Shown: positions 22,820 to 36,865, counted from the first letter of the stretch. The stretch is DNA of 60,661 nucleotides from Octopus bimaculoides (GCF_001194135.2 NC_068981.1:125669675-125730335), one strand, 5' to 3'. The notes: generated by a model not told the origin, from the letters alone. Made by a program: numbers and translations.

Positions 22820-24227
22820 GAAAAAAATTTTAAATACTCTTGTAATAATAATTCAGAAATAATTCTTTAAATATTTAGTGTTTATTTTGTGTTTATAAAC
22901 AATAAAATATTTCTGGTTGGTTTGTAATGTTATGAAATTGATAAATAACTTATCTCATTTTTTTCCCATGAGTCTTTTTTACTCAAGAGCAAATGTATGT
23001 CTAATATACATCTATATTAGAAGAGCAAACATATCTTCTATAGATATTTGTTGATTGCTGAAACAATGGCATAGAAAACTCATCCTTTTAGAATATTTGC
23101 TTTGATCAAAGTTTAGATAAAATGTCTGTAGTTGCTGGCATAAGTAAATATCAAATGTTTGATAATCATTTATGTTCATTAGGTTTTCTGGTTGTTTTCA
23201 TGGGGGTATTTACTGCAGTTATGATCAAATTGTTTTGTAATATTTGTTGTTCTAGAACTTCTTATTGTGAAGAATGCCAGTAAGAAACTCTTTTCAGTTT
23301 CTAATCACTTATTAAAAAGACATTGTACTATTTGTGGCTGTTATGAAACTGAGCACATTTAACTGAAGATTTTGCTCCTTTAGAGAATTAGAAACCATCC
23401 AAAGATAACTGTTAGTTTAAAATTAAGTATTTCGTAAGTTGAAAATGAGAGGAAGATTTAAATCTTACCCTTAAAGCCACATTAATCTCTTCACTCTAAT
23501 TCAGTATGGCTATTGAAACTTGTTGCAAACAAAAAGCTAGAATATATTCAAGGATAAAGTTTAAAAAATTTAATGCTATAAAATAGTTTTAATATTGTTT
23601 TGCTTTATTTTTTGTGTACATGTGTGTTTATTTTAAGTTTAAATTGTAAAGAGGAAAATAAATGAAGAAAATGAAATGAAGAAATAGCAATAACAATTTA
23701 TAAAATCAAATCTACTTATTAACCTTACTATTTCTTTTTACTACTGCAAATAGTATTTCTAAGACTAGTTTAAGCTATCTCATTGACAGATTACATTATT
23801 GTTATCAAAATTGGCTTGATAACAGTACATGAACTTTTTTTTTTAATTGAACCTCCTGGAAAAATTATCTGATGGTTAAAAAAAGAAAGGAATCACCAAT
23901 ACTGATCTACCTAAATGTTATGTTAGCTAGGTCATTATTGTTGTTTCTCTTTCTTTCTTTTTTTACTATCAAATAAATTTTCCAGTCAGTTTAATTTAAA
24001 AACATTTCATCACATCAATTTTGTTAACAATAATGTAATTTGTTAATAATGAGATAGCTTAAGAGTAGTCTTAGAAATAATATCGACAGTTTAAAAAAAA
24101 AAGGCAGTAAATTAATAAGTAGATTTTACTTTATACATTTTACTGCCATTTTTTGTGATGATGATGATGATGATTGCATTTTTACAGTGTTAGACTAAAA
24201 GGTTAATTGTATATATTTTCTTACTAG

Positions 24228-24236
24228 GAGGTGAAG
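24228..24236 (+). CDS. Candidate 9-nt micro-exon (GAGGTGAAG; EVK in phase 0 or xGE in phase 1)
   Basis: tattttcttactag|GAGGTGAAG|gtaaga. Splice signals only. Confidence 0.25.
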
Positions 24237-25141
24237 GTAAGAAGACGGTGTAAAAAAAAAAAAACCCTTCTTCATTTTCTCTTTATATGCTCGAAAATAT
24301 TTACAATAGCTATCATACTTGTGCAACAACTGATTTCTGGAACTGAAAGATCATGGATAATTAAAGGCTTGATAGAAAATATCTTGGTAGAAAACACCTT
24401 CACAAATAAATAACATCCTGATAGAAAACTCTTGATAGAAAACATCTTCACAAAAATATCTTCAATAAATTGCATTATGTGCTATGTGATATAATGTATA
24501 ATTAACATTGGTCATCTTTTGTCAAATATCACTACATTCTTTCTCTAATATAAGATGTCTGTTTATAAGATGTCTACAACTAACTAGTAGAACACATGAC
24601 TTAGTTACTCCTAATACTCAATGTAATTAAGTTGTCTGGAAATCTAGATACTTCAATTCTTTATTATATACTCTTATCAACTTGAGTTTTAACTCAAAAC
24701 AGTCTTAACTGTTGTACTATGTTTGTATATACATGTTACATCATATGCTATTAGTTTACAGATACAATGTATAATTAACCATGATAGCCACTGCTATGCG
24801 AATATCTTGTCTAAAATCAGTAATTGAAGGTAGTCTCTACTGATTACATACATTGCATCTTTATTTGTGGCCACCCCGTCTCACATTTATATGGCATTCC
24901 TTTCTTTTCATTCCATCACCTCAACAATTTCCAGTATTTACTATTTCCCTAACTTTCTTTTTCATTAACATTCTCATATCTGCCAACTTCAACTCAAATT
25001 ATCTATTTTAGTTATGGCTCTCTTTTTCATACTGCTCATGTCCTTGTCCGATTGCTATTTTGAATAACGTTTCATAAAGATTATCATTTAATGTAATTTG
25101 AGAAAATAGTTTATCCATAAAAAGTTAATTAATACTTTGCC

Positions 25142-25630
25142 TTGAGAGTGTTTTGTTGATGGGGAATATTATGTTTCATTACTTTGGACAATGGTCCAAA
25201 TTCATGTTTGAAGTATAACAATATTGAATTTGTTTTGGTTAAACTATTAAATCCAGCAATAAATACTGACACAGAGACGAAATTGTTTAAAACCAAAACA
25301 AACATTGTTTATATTTGATTGAATTGATAGTAAGAATTAAATCTGAACATTAGTATACGAGAATAAACACATTGTATGATAAGTGCATTTCCTTCAGAAA
25401 AATAGAAGAGAACAGAAAATTGTTGAGATATGATAGAAACATGCTTGTCAATACAAATATAGTGCATGAAAATGTTGGTTTTAAGAGAGGATCATAAACA
25501 AGTTCTTGGCACCTTTTCAGCTAGAGTAGCACAAACAATTGACAGAGAAACACTGCCTTTGAAATATATTCTGTGAAAGTGATCATATGGAGGGCTGTTT
25601 AAGAATCATGTTGAGGACCACATTCTAGAA
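25142..25630 (+). mobile_element. Possible highly decayed Gypsy-like integrase remnant
   Basis: LRVFC*WGILCFITLDNGPNS...KYNNIEF resembles the rve core (IFSRFGIPxxIVSDNGPxF); downstream VLREDHKQVLGTF...LFKNHVEDH resembles the GPY/F block. Confidence 0.35.
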
Positions 25631-27580
25631 GATACTCTGGTTACAAAATGAAGCTGCCAAGACATCTAAGATATTTCTACTAAATGAGCAAATTTGGAAG
25701 TGTTTTAATCATTTTAAATTCATAAATGCTTTAAATGCTAAGTGATAGCTATATTAACCCTTTGAAAATGAGGACTAATGAACATCCTATTTTCTGCCAT
25801 ATAACAAAATTAGTGCAGGATTTATTCATACAAACTAAAATTTCCTTATCAATTGTGTGGGGAAGTGGTTCATTGTACGATCTTCATTTGGACAAACCTT
25901 TTCATATTCATTCTCCCACAACTTTGTTTTTGTAATATTGTGTTTTTTGTTTTAGATCTCTTGATGGGGTTTACGTAATATATAAATTCATCTGTTTGTT
26001 GAATTCATTGTTCACTATTTTGATCCAATAAGACTCAACCACAATTAGTTCTGCTTTGTGATAGTGCTGACAAAAAAGTGATTGCGTTTTATGATTGAAT
26101 ATAACTGAAGCATTTTGTTGTTGCAGCTAAGACAGATAAAATGATCTGTGCATGCCAGTCTAATTGCCTTCGAGTTTTATGTATATCAAACCAAGTTTGG
26201 CTACCAATATCAATCACAGCTATTCTAGCATATATTTGTGTATTTTATATTTCATTTTTTGGTTGTGGAGAATATATTTTTTTAAATGGTGTTATGATAT
26301 ACTGAGTTGTATTTCTTTGTTTGTGGCTGTTTAAACATGTAATGGGAAGAACTATAAAGGTTGTTCCAGTCTGCATTAATGATTTGTGCTTGAAGTATTT
26401 AGATGTATTGTCTACTTTATCATTCTACTTGCTCCAACAATCTCCAAATTGGAAAATGACAAGACTTAAAGCAATATACCTACATTTACATGTAAGACCC
26501 CAGCTATACAAACATATAACACATTTTGCTAGTAGTAAAGATATTATAGCTTCAGCAACACCAATGTTAGACTAATATAAAAAGTTAAATTCTCAAGAAA
26601 GTTTGACTTGTGTGCTATTCTTACAATATAACAGTAGTTTGTGCTTCATTCTGCAAACAATTATTTTGCTTAGAAAGCTGTTTTTACTGGCAGTAGCATA
26701 AAGATCAATAAATATTCTGTATGATTAGAAAGTCCATTATAGGCTCCACAATCAACAAAATAATGTAATTTATTAAAAAGCAATTTTCATTTGCATATTG
26801 CTATCTTCATTATAATACATAATATTATAAAATGAAGAAATTTCAAAGCATAGAATGGAAGGTAAGAAAAAATGAAAATTCATCTGACTGGAAAATATTG
26901 CAAAATATTTTTAACATATTGCTTTATATAATTTTGAATTTATAACTTCAATAACAAACTGTATTATATGTAATAGCTATTAGTCACTAAAAGTAGAAAT
27001 ATTAGATAAACTCTTTTAGATTGAGGTAGCCTTTAAAGAATTAACTGAAATGGCAACAAATAGGAAGATTCAAATATATTTAACTTATTCAACCCATTGT
27101 CAATTGCAGAGATAAATTTTAGACCTTGGGGATACTATTACCAATAAAATGAAGTAATATCATGTATGATTTATGAAAGTTATAATGTGACTGGAGTGAA
27201 ATAAAAATGATATTGATGTATATTTTTTTAGGCTAAAAATTAGATAATGATTGAGTGATAATGATTGAAGGTTTTCTTAGCAAGCAGATGCTCTACTTAT
27301 TCTCTAAAAAGTCACAGTCTAGAAGAATGTTTCGCAAAATGGGCAGTACTATTCTTCTGTGTGACGGATTATATATATGAGTACTGGTGACAAAGGAGCA
27401 ATAGGAATAGGGCATTAGACACATCTGCACAATGTTTTAGTATTCACTTCAAAAATTATATTTTAAATGTAATATGATAAACTGCTTGTTAGCTGCACTT
27501 ACAATAGAACAACAGTATCAGCAATGAATATTTTCTAGTTTTCATATGAAATCTTTCTATTTGAAGTATTTGTTGTGTAG

Positions 27581-27661
27581 CTCCAATCAGCTCTGTTGAC
27601 TGATTCACTAAGTATGACCCACAGATCTATCTTTTCATTCCACTGCGTAGCTGATGTCAAG
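27581..27661 (+). CDS. Candidate internal coding exon, 81 nt, phase 0-0: LQSALLTDSLSMTHRSIFSFHCVADVK
   Basis: tttgttgtgtag| acceptor, AAG|gtaaat donor, open frame, symmetric length. Protein not recognised. Confidence 0.4.
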
Positions 27662-28300
27662 GTAAATTTTGTCACAGAGAGATATTTCTTCTACTTGTGA
27701 CACAGAATATGATATAAAACAGAATTCTGCGCCAAATGTAGCTGTTGTTGCTATGAAGGTTTGTCATCAGAGATTGTAATAACTAGCTTTTGTAAGGAAT
27801 ATAGTGATTTTAGTAAAATCAAAAACATTTTCCAACATTTCATATGACAACCACCAGCATTGCTAGTATTGTGCGATCAAAATCAATATGCCATAGTGAA
27901 TATTTGGAGAGAGACATGCTGAAGAATTTAGAGAAGTTATAGATCAACCTGGACGACTTACTAATTGGTTTGATGAGTAGCATCACTAGGTTGAATTTAG
28001 TAACTAAGGTCATTGTTAAACTCCAGATCAACACTGACCAAGCAGACTTATAACCAAATGTGTACCAATTATAATGGGTTTTTTTTCTCAGATATAATGT
28101 AATTGAGACGGTATCCTATAATATAAGGGAGATTTGGTTACTATTTCTAGTATGCTAAGTAGATAAATAAGCATTACATTTGATGTAGCAATCTGAATGA
28201 TAAAGGGTTAATAATAGAATGTGATGTTTCTCAAGTTTTATAAAAATAATATTATGATAGACTTTAACTTACTCTAGTCAATATTTTTATGTAAAGGTAA

Positions 28301-28415
28301 GGTGGTGAGCTGGCAGAAGTGTTAGCATACCGGACAAAATGTTTAGTGACATTTCTTCCAGTGTTATGTTTTGAAATCTAATTGCACCAAAGTCAACTTT
28401 GTCTTTCATCCTTTT
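28301..28415 (+). mobile_element. SINE family B 5' part
   Basis: GGTGAGCTGGCAGAAGTGTTAGCATACCGGACAAAATG...AAAGTCAACTTTGTCTTTCATCC. Confidence 0.75.
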
Positions 28416-31400
28416 TATGTGAAGATGAATCTGCTAAAAATTCATGAAGGTGAAAAAAAAAGTGAATACTGCTGCGTTAGGTGTGGTTCTTCTTTAGGCA
28501 GCGTGACAAATCATAAAAAATAAAAGCTTTTATTCAATTAAATATAGTATAATCTTGATATATGATCATTGTCATCCTCATTGTCATTATTTAATTAAAT
28601 GTGTCATAAAATCTAGAATCCAAGGAAAGTAGTGGTAGTCTATGTCAGCAAAAATTAATTCATAGGAAAATTCATGGAAGAGTGCAGAAAGTTGAATTTC
28701 TGTAAAGATTGAAATAATTTGTTTTAATCATTTACCCTTCATGTAGAGGAGAATACACAAAAGTATTATCTTCTTGGTCACGAGCTGGCAAGTTAAAGGC
28801 AGATGTGCCTTTAGTTAGGATATTGATTATTCCAAACTTAGGTTCTGGCTTTACATTAGCTGTTGTCTTTGGCTCTCTTCAAACTCCTCCAATCACTCTC
28901 ATCTGTTTGAGTACATTCTGTGTTGGAGACATCTGTCCTCCCATATTGATGATGTTGGTGCAGAAGCTAAATCATATTCCATTCTCAAAAGTATCCTTAT
29001 AAAAGCATATTAATACATCAATACTCTAATCTTTTTCTTTCTCCCAAACCTATTTGTTACCCTGTAGTCATCACTTGTTCACCCACTGGGTTCATCTGTG
29101 TAACACCTAATGAGTGTAACACTTTTCATAACTTTCTACTACAGAACACTCCCACCTTGACACCTCAATTCAGGGCTTACTTCAGCTGTGTTTCATTCCT
29201 GAAACAGTCACAGCTAAGATAGTGGTTGGTTGACTGCATTCTCCTAGGCATGCCTCTTCATATCCTTCATGCAGTCAAAGCCCATAACTTATTATGGCAA
29301 AAGATGCTCTCATTCAGAGCTCATCCCAAATATCCATTACTTTCCTTCCTTTAGTTATAATTCTCTTATTGCCTGGTTTGTAACCACAAACTCCCGATAA
29401 TCACTCTTTCCCAGCCTACTTAAAACAAATAGCTCTATAAGCAGAGAATCTGTAGCTTATGTTTTGTTTCAGACTTCATTATAATATTAAAAAAAAGTAT
29501 TTTGTTATCTTGTTGGTTTTGTTTGGTTCATTCTTGAGACAACTTGTTACCTGAATAAAATCTTTTAGCTAAACATTCTTTCTATAAATGCACCTTTTAA
29601 TAATAATTCCTCTTCAGCCATTCTACATACCAATTTGTATCTATGACATGCTGTAAATTCTTTGGTCATCAATTCAAGATTTCCACAAAAATTCATATTT
29701 CATCCAATTTATAACATTAATATGTAATTCCACAGTAATGTGTAGTCCTTCATTCTGAGAGCTACTATCTTGTAGAATATTCTTCTTTCCATACAATACT
29801 CTTCACTTTTAACTCACTTGCTTACTATGATTTTGATTTGAGAGAGTGCCAACAGAATATTGGCAGTGGTTTGCAACGGTTTTACTTCACCATACATGCC
29901 TGACAAGAATATTCTTTTTAAAAACAATACTTAATCTTAAACTCTGCAGTATGAACTCTCATACTCCTAGTGCATAATTCTCTGTTCACCTTCATGACAG
30001 CTCATCATATCAATCAAGGTTCAATATAACAAGTAACAGTCTTCAAATTACGTCTGCTGTTGTACACTTGCAAACTATTGATCTAGTCTTCTCAAATATA
30101 TGTATTTAAAAAATAGGGCAATCAATAAAGGCATTTTACATTACCCATTGAAAGCATAATTTCCAATTGTCTGCCAATTTAACCACTCTATGAAAGTAAT
30201 TATTTCACCTTGATAATCTAAAGTGAAGAATAACAGAATATAAATTTTCATGTCTTATGCAGAAGTACAATGCTTATACCATTTGTCAATTACAATTTGT
30301 TGGAAATATAAAGTTGATTTCAATTAGGAACCAAATTCTTTTAATGTAGGTTTAACTTTTGTTAGATTAAGGTCTGCTAACTGCTTTTCTAAGCCCTTAG
30401 AGATTCAAACTTGCTCTACATTTTAAGCTTTTGTATATAAATGATACAAAGATAGACTTGTTTCATAAGAGACAAATTAGATTGCTTTTCTTCTCTGCCT
30501 ATTGTTGATGATGTTATTTAACTGAAAATTAGCCCAAACTAAGAAAATTTTCAGTCAAAGATATTCTAGCCTTGACCATCTAGTTTCTTTTAGAGGCTTA
30601 GTCTATATATAATACTGCACCATCCTATGTGTTCTTCTAAGTTGGGAGAATATAACTAACAAAGTTGCTGTTTCTAGGAGGTTGACTTCAAACAGAAGAT
30701 CCTTAATCGGTTTGCTCGCTGTTTGTGTTTCATTTTTGTAAAAGATTATTTCAAGTACAAAATATATTTCATCTCAACAACCAGATATCTTAACAACAGA
30801 TTTTTCTTTCAGTTATTCTGATTTATTTCTGTTTTCCTTTTTTAAATAAGCTATTGCATGGATTCACTTCCAAAATAATTAATATAGAATAAAAATATGA
30901 AACTGCCATATCTTCTTTTGTACATTTAATATACATGATTGTAGATATTCTCAAAAAATGTTTATACCATATAAACTACTAGATTCTCAATGTAAGGAAA
31001 ATGGCTGGCTGTTTCAAGAAGGAATAGAAATAGTTGCTTCATATAGTCTTCAAATCATCCTGTATGTCTATAATTGCTGTATTTGAGACTGAGAGCTAAA
31101 CTAATCAACAGGAAACATTACTATCTTTTAAGTCAGTATATATACACAATGATGATGTATTAACCTTTGAAAATTATAACTGATAGGGAAGAAGTATCTT
31201 TAATTAATGCAATAAGAAAGAATATATGATACAAGTTTTTGGTCAATAACAAATACTGTTTTGCTGCATAAGAGTAGTTAAGCACTAAATGTAGGAGTGC
31301 ACTGAGTCACTCAGTGGTATGAAAGCAGATAGGAAATCAATACATTCAAAACAATTATATTGCAGGTGAAGCATTCCATATCAACCCTAAAACTTTGAAT

Positions 31401-34400
31401 TGTTAGTCAATAATTGTAAACACGTTAGCTAGGTGAGTGCATAGGGTAAAGCTAAAAAAAAGTTACACGTGTAGGTTTCAAAGTTGTTTCTTGAAAATGT
31501 TTCATCGACAATGTTACCATTGTACTTTAAAAGTATATATCGTGTTTCAATAAATACTTTGTTTCGAAAATAAAGACAGGTTGTTAAAATCTGAATTATA
31601 CTGCATGGCAGTGAAGCCTTGATTTTGTCCTTAATGCACAAAACTTGAAGCAGTTCTTAATTATATAGCATTTGTTAGATGTAAAATGTGATTTTTAGGG
31701 AATATTTTGCTTTTAGATGGACTGGGAAAATGAGGAGTTAACATATTAGCTTGAAAAGAATTGAAACCTTGAGTATACTGGCTATGTTGTAAGTTAAGAT
31801 GGTAAGTTGGTAAAGATGTTTAAGGAATTCATGACATTGTCTTGTCAGTAGTAGAAAACAATCAAAATAAAAATGAAATAGATGTGAGATAAGGACAACC
31901 AGAATACACAAATAAAATAAGAATGAAACAGTCCATTTTTGTGCTTTATTAAATCCATAAGAGCCAGAATAATGTAAAGATATCTCTGATAGCGATAATT
32001 ATTTCTCCTGTATTTATTTACAAATATATTTTATCACCTGCTTCTTTCATGAGTTTCTTGTTCATTTGTCATTTACCACCATCTGTTTGGCAATCTAAAC
32101 AACTGACATAATCTCACTGACTATCTTTCTCTAAGTTACATTGGAAATTCAACTCTTGGCACTTATTCAGTTTATTACCTTATTTTTTTACTCTACTCGA
32201 TTTCCTGCCCAGGATGCTCTATATCAATTATTTATATCTCCACTCTAGCGATGTTAGGTTTGATAGTATTCAAACTATTCTATCCATAATTGTATTTCTT
32301 TAAAACTTTTTCCTGACCTATAATTTTGTTTCATCCATGTTTGTTACATCCCATTTTGATCTTTGATTCTCTGTATATATATATACTATGTTTTGTTGTC
32401 CTCCATTTGGTTTCTAGTAAATAATTTTAAATCTGTGCTGCTTCTATCTTTAGATCTAGCCATTTTCCTAGTTTCTTTGACATTTTTTTCTATTTACTAG
32501 ATGAGTTCTCAAGTATTGAGCGTGTTTTGTTATTATAGTCTTTTATAACAGTGGTTGTTTGGTCTTTTCACCAGTTTGGTTTCTATCAGTGTGCAATGCT
32601 CTATTTCACTGTACAACAACTTTTCTCTCAGCAGTTTTGTGTTTGTACTGATATGTTTTCCTGTGAATCTCAGTTTATCATGTCTAAAAATTTGACATGA
32701 CATTCTGGTCAAGAAATAAATATTGAGTTGGTTGTTCCAGTTGTTTCATCATATTCAATCAGTTCATTTTATTGTTTTGTCAAATTCTAGCAGCCTTTAC
32801 ATAACTTTACATAACAGCCAATAGATAATATAGACATTTATCTCATTGCTACAAACAATGAAAGAATTCATAAATAATTTGGTATTTAGCAGATTTATTG
32901 AAATTTTCCTATCCAGACTGCATTGTAGTAAAGCATTACCATTGTGCATCAAACAGATGGTAGACTAGAAGAAATATGTGTGTGTGTGTTTATACATAAG
33001 CATGTGCATTTATATAAACACACTTTTTTTCATACACGTAAAAAGAATAGTGATGTAATAAGAGTAGTAAAGATCAAATTTCTATATAATGTTAATTATT
33101 GTCAAAAATATATTTTAATCTTTTCATAAACACTCTAGAATATCTGTTATTTAATTTGTTTTGGTGTTGCTGTGAATGAAAGAAAGCCACATTTATGGAC
33201 ATATATTTTTTAAACATTCATTTTATTGACATTGTACACATATCTTGCTAACCATTTCACAATATATATTGTTGTAGGATGTATTAAGATATCTCTTTGA
33301 AACAAATATAACTCAGTTGAACTTATTCGCCTGTTTTTAGAATAGGTCTTTTTAATAATGAGTTGCCAGAAAAGTTCTTTATAGCTGTAACATGACCAAT
33401 GTAATTCTCTTTGAGATGTTAAAAACTTGCAGAAAGAAAATAATCTTATCAATAGATATGTAATTGTTGTGCTTTCTGAACATGTTCCTACTTATATTTT
33501 TTAAGCTTTACTTTTAATTTCAATTTATGTTACTGGTTTGCATAATGAATGTATAAGTTGGTTAGCTTTTCATATACATTGATACAGGCAATCTATTCTA
33601 TAGGTGATCTTATGGGTGCTAATTAATCCAGTTACATTTTGATAATCAAAGAGTTATTAAAGAAGTGTTACATCTTCTTGTATAACCATTTTTCTGTTAT
33701 CATTGTTTCTTTGTCCTGCAACACATGCTAAGCTTATATTTTAGTTTCATTTGCATTCAGTAAAGAATATAATCTATAATTATAAAATGAACTAAACATT
33801 CACCTAAAAGAAGTTTGTTTTTATAGCATTTAAAAAAAAAAATCTTAATTAAGCTTCACAGTTCAAAATTTTTTCAAAGATTAAAAGAAATTGATTAAAA
33901 ATTGTAAAATACCCTTTGAATTTTCATTTCCTCATTGATAGGAGCAATGGCTACTTCTTATCTATTTCCTAAAGTTCTGATAGGATCCTGAAAATTTACA
34001 TTTTCATTTAGATTTTAATTTTGATTTTTCTCAAAAATTCTCTTGTGTTTGTAGGTACATTAATTATGCACATATTTTGACTTGTATTTTTTTGTTAAAA
34101 TATTTTATAAATTCATTTCTATTTTTGTTTTGTAATTTATTTTTAATATTCCAATGAAGAAGGTAAAGGTAATTTAAGGAAAATTTGGCCACTATTTCAG
34201 GCAGTTTAAAACATGACAGGGAAAATTGCAGGGTATGCTGTGAGAATATCCTTCACAATGTTCCTACAGATGTTGTTCTCTTTTAAGGTAGACTTGCTGA
34301 GTTATGGAAAACTTTAATAGTGTATCATGATTAGAGGCCATTTTCAAAACAACAAACTGTACTGCTTTCTGCTAGCATAATTAAAATGTTTTAAAATAAT

Positions 34401-34941
34401 ATTTACTTTGATCTTTTTGTTAACCTGCTAAAACACAGGAAGTTTTTTGTTGTACCCTGTATGATAAAATTACATGATGATGGTTGTGCAGCCATGTAAG
34501 GAAAGAATTTATTGCTACAAATAATAACCAATTAGAAATCTTCTTTAATTCTTTTATCTAATAGGCAACTGAAATATTGCAACTACTATAAAAGAATATA
34601 TTCCAGGAGAGACGGTGTAATTATGTTTGATACTATCTTAATGTTAGGGATGCTTTAAATTGAAGGACATGTTGTTGTCTAGGTGATGAAAATAATCTAT
34701 AGCCAGTTACAAGTATAGTGTTTATTATTAAACACTAACATGCATGCAAATTATAGACTGATATAAGAGATCTGTCAATTTACAGTAAGAAGTTGCCCAG
34801 TTACCATATAGTTTTTCCATAATATAATTCAACAGCCACATTTATATTCTTTTTGCTTTCTATTACTACTCAATATTGTTTTCTCAATTTTCTGATCAGA
34901 TATCTTGGTGACTTGATATACATTTCATATAAGATAAATAT

Positions 34942-35348
34942 ATTGGTTTCAAATTTTGGTACAAGGCCAACAGTTTCAGGGAAGGGGTAAGGTAAGTTGA
35001 TTACATTGACCCAGTGTTCAACTGGTACTTATTTTACTGACCTGGAAAGGATGAAAGGTAAAATCGACCCTGGAGACATTTGAACTCAAAACATAAAGGT
35101 GGACAAAATGCCACTAAGCTTTTTGCCTGACACACTAACGATTCTACCAAGATAAATATTATATTGATTTCAAATTTTGGTACAAGACCAGCAATTTTAT
35201 GGAAGGGGGTAAGTCGATTACATTGACCCCAAAAATATGAATGCCAAAGTCAACCTTGGCAGAGTTAGAACTCAGAACATAAAAACAAACAAAATGCCAC
35301 TAAGCACTTTGCCCAGCATGCTAACTATTCTGCCAGCTGGCTGCCTTT
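34942..35348 (-). mobile_element. Two tandem SINE family B copies
   Basis: Copies at 34942-35148 and 35160-35348, separated and flanked by AAGATAAATAT (34931, 35149, 35349). Confidence 0.85.
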
Positions 35349-36316
35349 AAGATAAATATATCATTATATTAAACATCATTCAAGGAAGAAACTACTTTGC
35401 TTTGATTTACGTATACTACAGATACTTTGAACAAGTTCCCTCCTAACATGTTGCTTAATTTTTATATAATTCTATAATAAATCCTTCTGAGATTATGAAC
35501 ATGATGTTATTATTAGTAAGAATCATTGAGAAAACAATTGTAGTAACTACCATCATCAGTTTACATTTGTTTTTCCATGCTGATATGGGTTAGACGTATT
35601 TTCTCAGGCATAGCACAAACAAAACTTGGTTTTTAGTAGTAGTTTTAGTAGACTTAACTTTTAGTAGTATGACAATGATTCATAAATTAGCTTTGTATTC
35701 CATATTTTTTTGACTAAGCCTTAAAGTTGTGCTATGCAATTTCTCCATAACTAGAGTTAACCAGTATAAGTAAAGTAAAGGTGCAATAGTTTTAAAGGGA
35801 TGATTGGGGAAAAAACACATCTATCATGTAAGGCAATCATAATTGATACTTTCAACATATTGATCAAAATAAGATTTTTACAGTATATGCACTCTTATTT
35901 TGGTAACCAGTGCAAGTAAAAAAAATGAGGTAGATGGGTTGTTAATAACCACCACACTGAACCCTATGCATGTCTCAAGTAGATGTCATTGTGTTTCTGA
36001 AAATCTGTGATTGCTGGAAAAAAGTGTCATTCAAAAACAAAAGGTTTGTACCAGCTGAGAAGGTGTTCTTTCTGAGGCCAGAAGATGGTTTTATTAGGCA
36101 ATAGTAGTTGGATAGTTTTTTGCTTTTTTTTTCTCAGATGAAGAAAGGTAGCAAAAGAAAGATATTAACTATGAGAATCAAGCTATATGCAATTTTTTTA
36201 GGTCAGATGCAGTAGCGATTTGAAGATCTGTTGATTCTCATTCAAAAATTTTGATTTCAATAGCCTTAAGTTAGAGAAAAATGCACTTTTAAACAAAGTT
36301 AATAAAATCATAGAAA

Positions 36317-36427
36317 TCTTAGAGAATATATATATCAATGATATAAACATATATCTTAGAGAATATATATATCAATGATATAAACATATATCTCAGAGAA
36401 TGTATATATCAATGATATAAACATATA
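36317..36427. repeat. 37-bp minisatellite, three copies
   Basis: TCTTAGAGAATATATATATCAATGATATAAACATATA starting at 36317, 36354 and 36391. Confidence 0.95.
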
Positions 36428-36687
36428 TAATATTTCATTTCAATATTATATAGATAACATTTCTTTTATAAAATATGTACAATATTTCTTTAAAAAATTT
36501 GTTTTAGGTTTTTGTTTACTTTCCCAGAAAATGAAAAAAATTGGTAAAATGTTAAATTGGTTTTAAGACCTGTAAACTATATGATCACAATCAGTGATCA
36601 TATAGAAATATATGATAATTCAGTATGAAACAATTTTAAAAAAATTCTTTTTTAGTATGTACTCCCATAATAAGTCTCACTTCTATT

Positions 36688-36865
36688 GGCACAAGGCCTG
36701 AAAATTGTGGGGAAGGGAGCTAATTGATTACATCAACCCCAATGCCTGGCTGGTACTTATCTTATCAAACCCAAAAGAATGAAAGACAAAGTCAATCTCA
36801 GTGGAATTTGAACTCAGAATGTAAAAACAGACAGAAAAATGCTGTTATGCATTTTGTCCAGCATG
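36688..36865 (-). mobile_element. SINE family B
   Basis: GGCACAAGGCCTGAAAATT...GGAATTTGAACTCAGAATGTAAA. Confidence 0.8.

Noticed and set aside
23256-23279. 24-nt exon-like segment (ttgttgttctag|...|gtaaga)
   Set aside because: Weak exonic donor context; such matches are expected by chance in AT-rich DNA.
24371-24454. Two ~35-bp diverged tandem units (GATAGAAAA...CTTCACAAA)
   Set aside because: An ordinary local duplication with no further structure.
31366-31801. Two exon-like segments with strong donors (TAG|gtgagt, ATG|gtaagt)
   Set aside because: Stops in all three frames; could be non-coding exons, but nothing supports that.
34201-34340. Short frames after good acceptors (SLKHDRENCRVCCENIL..., GRLAELWKTLI...)
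   Set aside because: No consistent donor or phase solution and no recognisable homology.
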